A stretch of 24,103 nucleotides of DNA, from the IMG/VR virus record IMGVR_UViG_3300023283_000204, positions 1 through 24,103 of that record; one strand, 5' to 3'. The stretch's first letter is position 1; the number at the start of each line of letters is the position of its first letter. Of this stretch, positions 23,678 through 24,103 are shown piece by piece. This stretch comes from a virus. Lineage: Duplodnaviria; Caudoviricetes. The notes below the pieces were generated by a model, which made no database searches, was not told where the DNA came from, and saw only the letters and a program-made list of their open reading frames with translations. The translations under genes and the position numbers were made by a program.

Positions 23678-23899
23678 CTAAACCCGTACCAGTTGAGTGA
23701 TAGTCACCTCCAGCGCGTCGGCCAGCCGCATCACCGTCGAAAGCCGTGCGTCATGCGTCCCAGACTCGAGATCGGAGATGTACTGCTGACTTCGGTCCGC
23801 CCGACGGGCTAGCTCCTGTTGGGTAATGCCGAGCTCCTCGCGGCGCTGCTTGATGCCCTCGCCCAACCGAGACGGTGCCCCTCTATACCTGCTATTCAT
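23678..23899 (-). CDS. XRE/Cro-family helix-turn-helix regulator (73 aa)
   Basis: LGEGIKQRREELGITQQELARRADRSQQYISDLESG...LSTVMRLADALEV. Confidence 0.92.
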   Translation of the reverse strand: MNSRYRGAPSRLGEGIKQRREELGITQQELARRADRSQQYISDLESGTHDARLSTVMRLADALEVTITQLVRV

Positions 23900-23937
23900 T
23901 GTACCGACAATCTATTGTATCGCCAACGCCAGCACAA
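23896..23937 (-). promoter_or_regulatory. Putative promoter with overlapping inverted repeats (operator) upstream of the XRE gene
   Basis: TTGTGC-17 nt-TAGATT (23932-23937, 23909-23914); ACAAT-ag-ATTGT-cggt-ACAAT half-sites overlap -10 and ATG; no SD, ATG 9 nt after -10 (near-leaderless). Confidence 0.6.
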
Positions 23938-24103
23938 GGTCTGGCCCCTACCCTGCCCCGTCCATCGCCACCAGCATCGATGCCGCGGAAATGCCCCCGT
24001 GAAGGGGTGTTTCGGGCGAAATCGGGGCCGAATCGAGGCAAGATCCGCATGGCTTATGTGGCGATCGAGTTACGGCATGGCACAGAGGGTCTGATTGGTC
24101 GCC

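Noticed and set aside
23940-24103. Possible gene end or hairpin (gaaatgcccc...ggggtgtttc) at the right edge
   Set aside because: Too little context; no recognisable protein motif in the frames read.

Overview
The window is a contiguous, intact-looking DNA-packaging, head and tail region of an HK97-type, long non-contractile-tailed phage or prophage. Every credible gene is on the minus strand, and the long plus-strand ORFs are antisense shadows of high-GC codons. In transcription order (right to left): an XRE regulator, an HNH-like protein, a cluster of small translationally coupled genes, a putative late promoter/attenuator, a Zn-finger protein, a sulfotransferase, a gp74-like HNH, the putative cos region, TerS, TerL, a portal fused to a MuF/gp7-like domain, a prohead protease with an HTH-like tail, a structured non-coding leader, the major capsid protein, head-completion genes, two paralogous tail-tube genes, a tail chaperone with a -1 frameshift, a displaced HK97-gp10, the tape measure protein, Dit, hub, an NlpC/P60-like protein and a >1440-aa gpJ-like tail-tip protein. 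The last runs off the left edge and is missing from the ORF track. Acidic proteins, Shine-Dalgarno motifs and sigma70-like promoters suggest a halophilic bacterial host (inference). The top observations are (1) a free-standing 80-aa gene that mimics the conserved core of the phage's own tail-tip protein, (2) a promoter-driven structured leader with a tRNA-like element before the capsid gene, (3) an identical DE-stop/MSER junction linking consecutive small genes, and (4) unusual domain fusions (E3-binding domain, protease-HTH, portal-MuF). All family calls are from motif recognition by eye; no searches were run.
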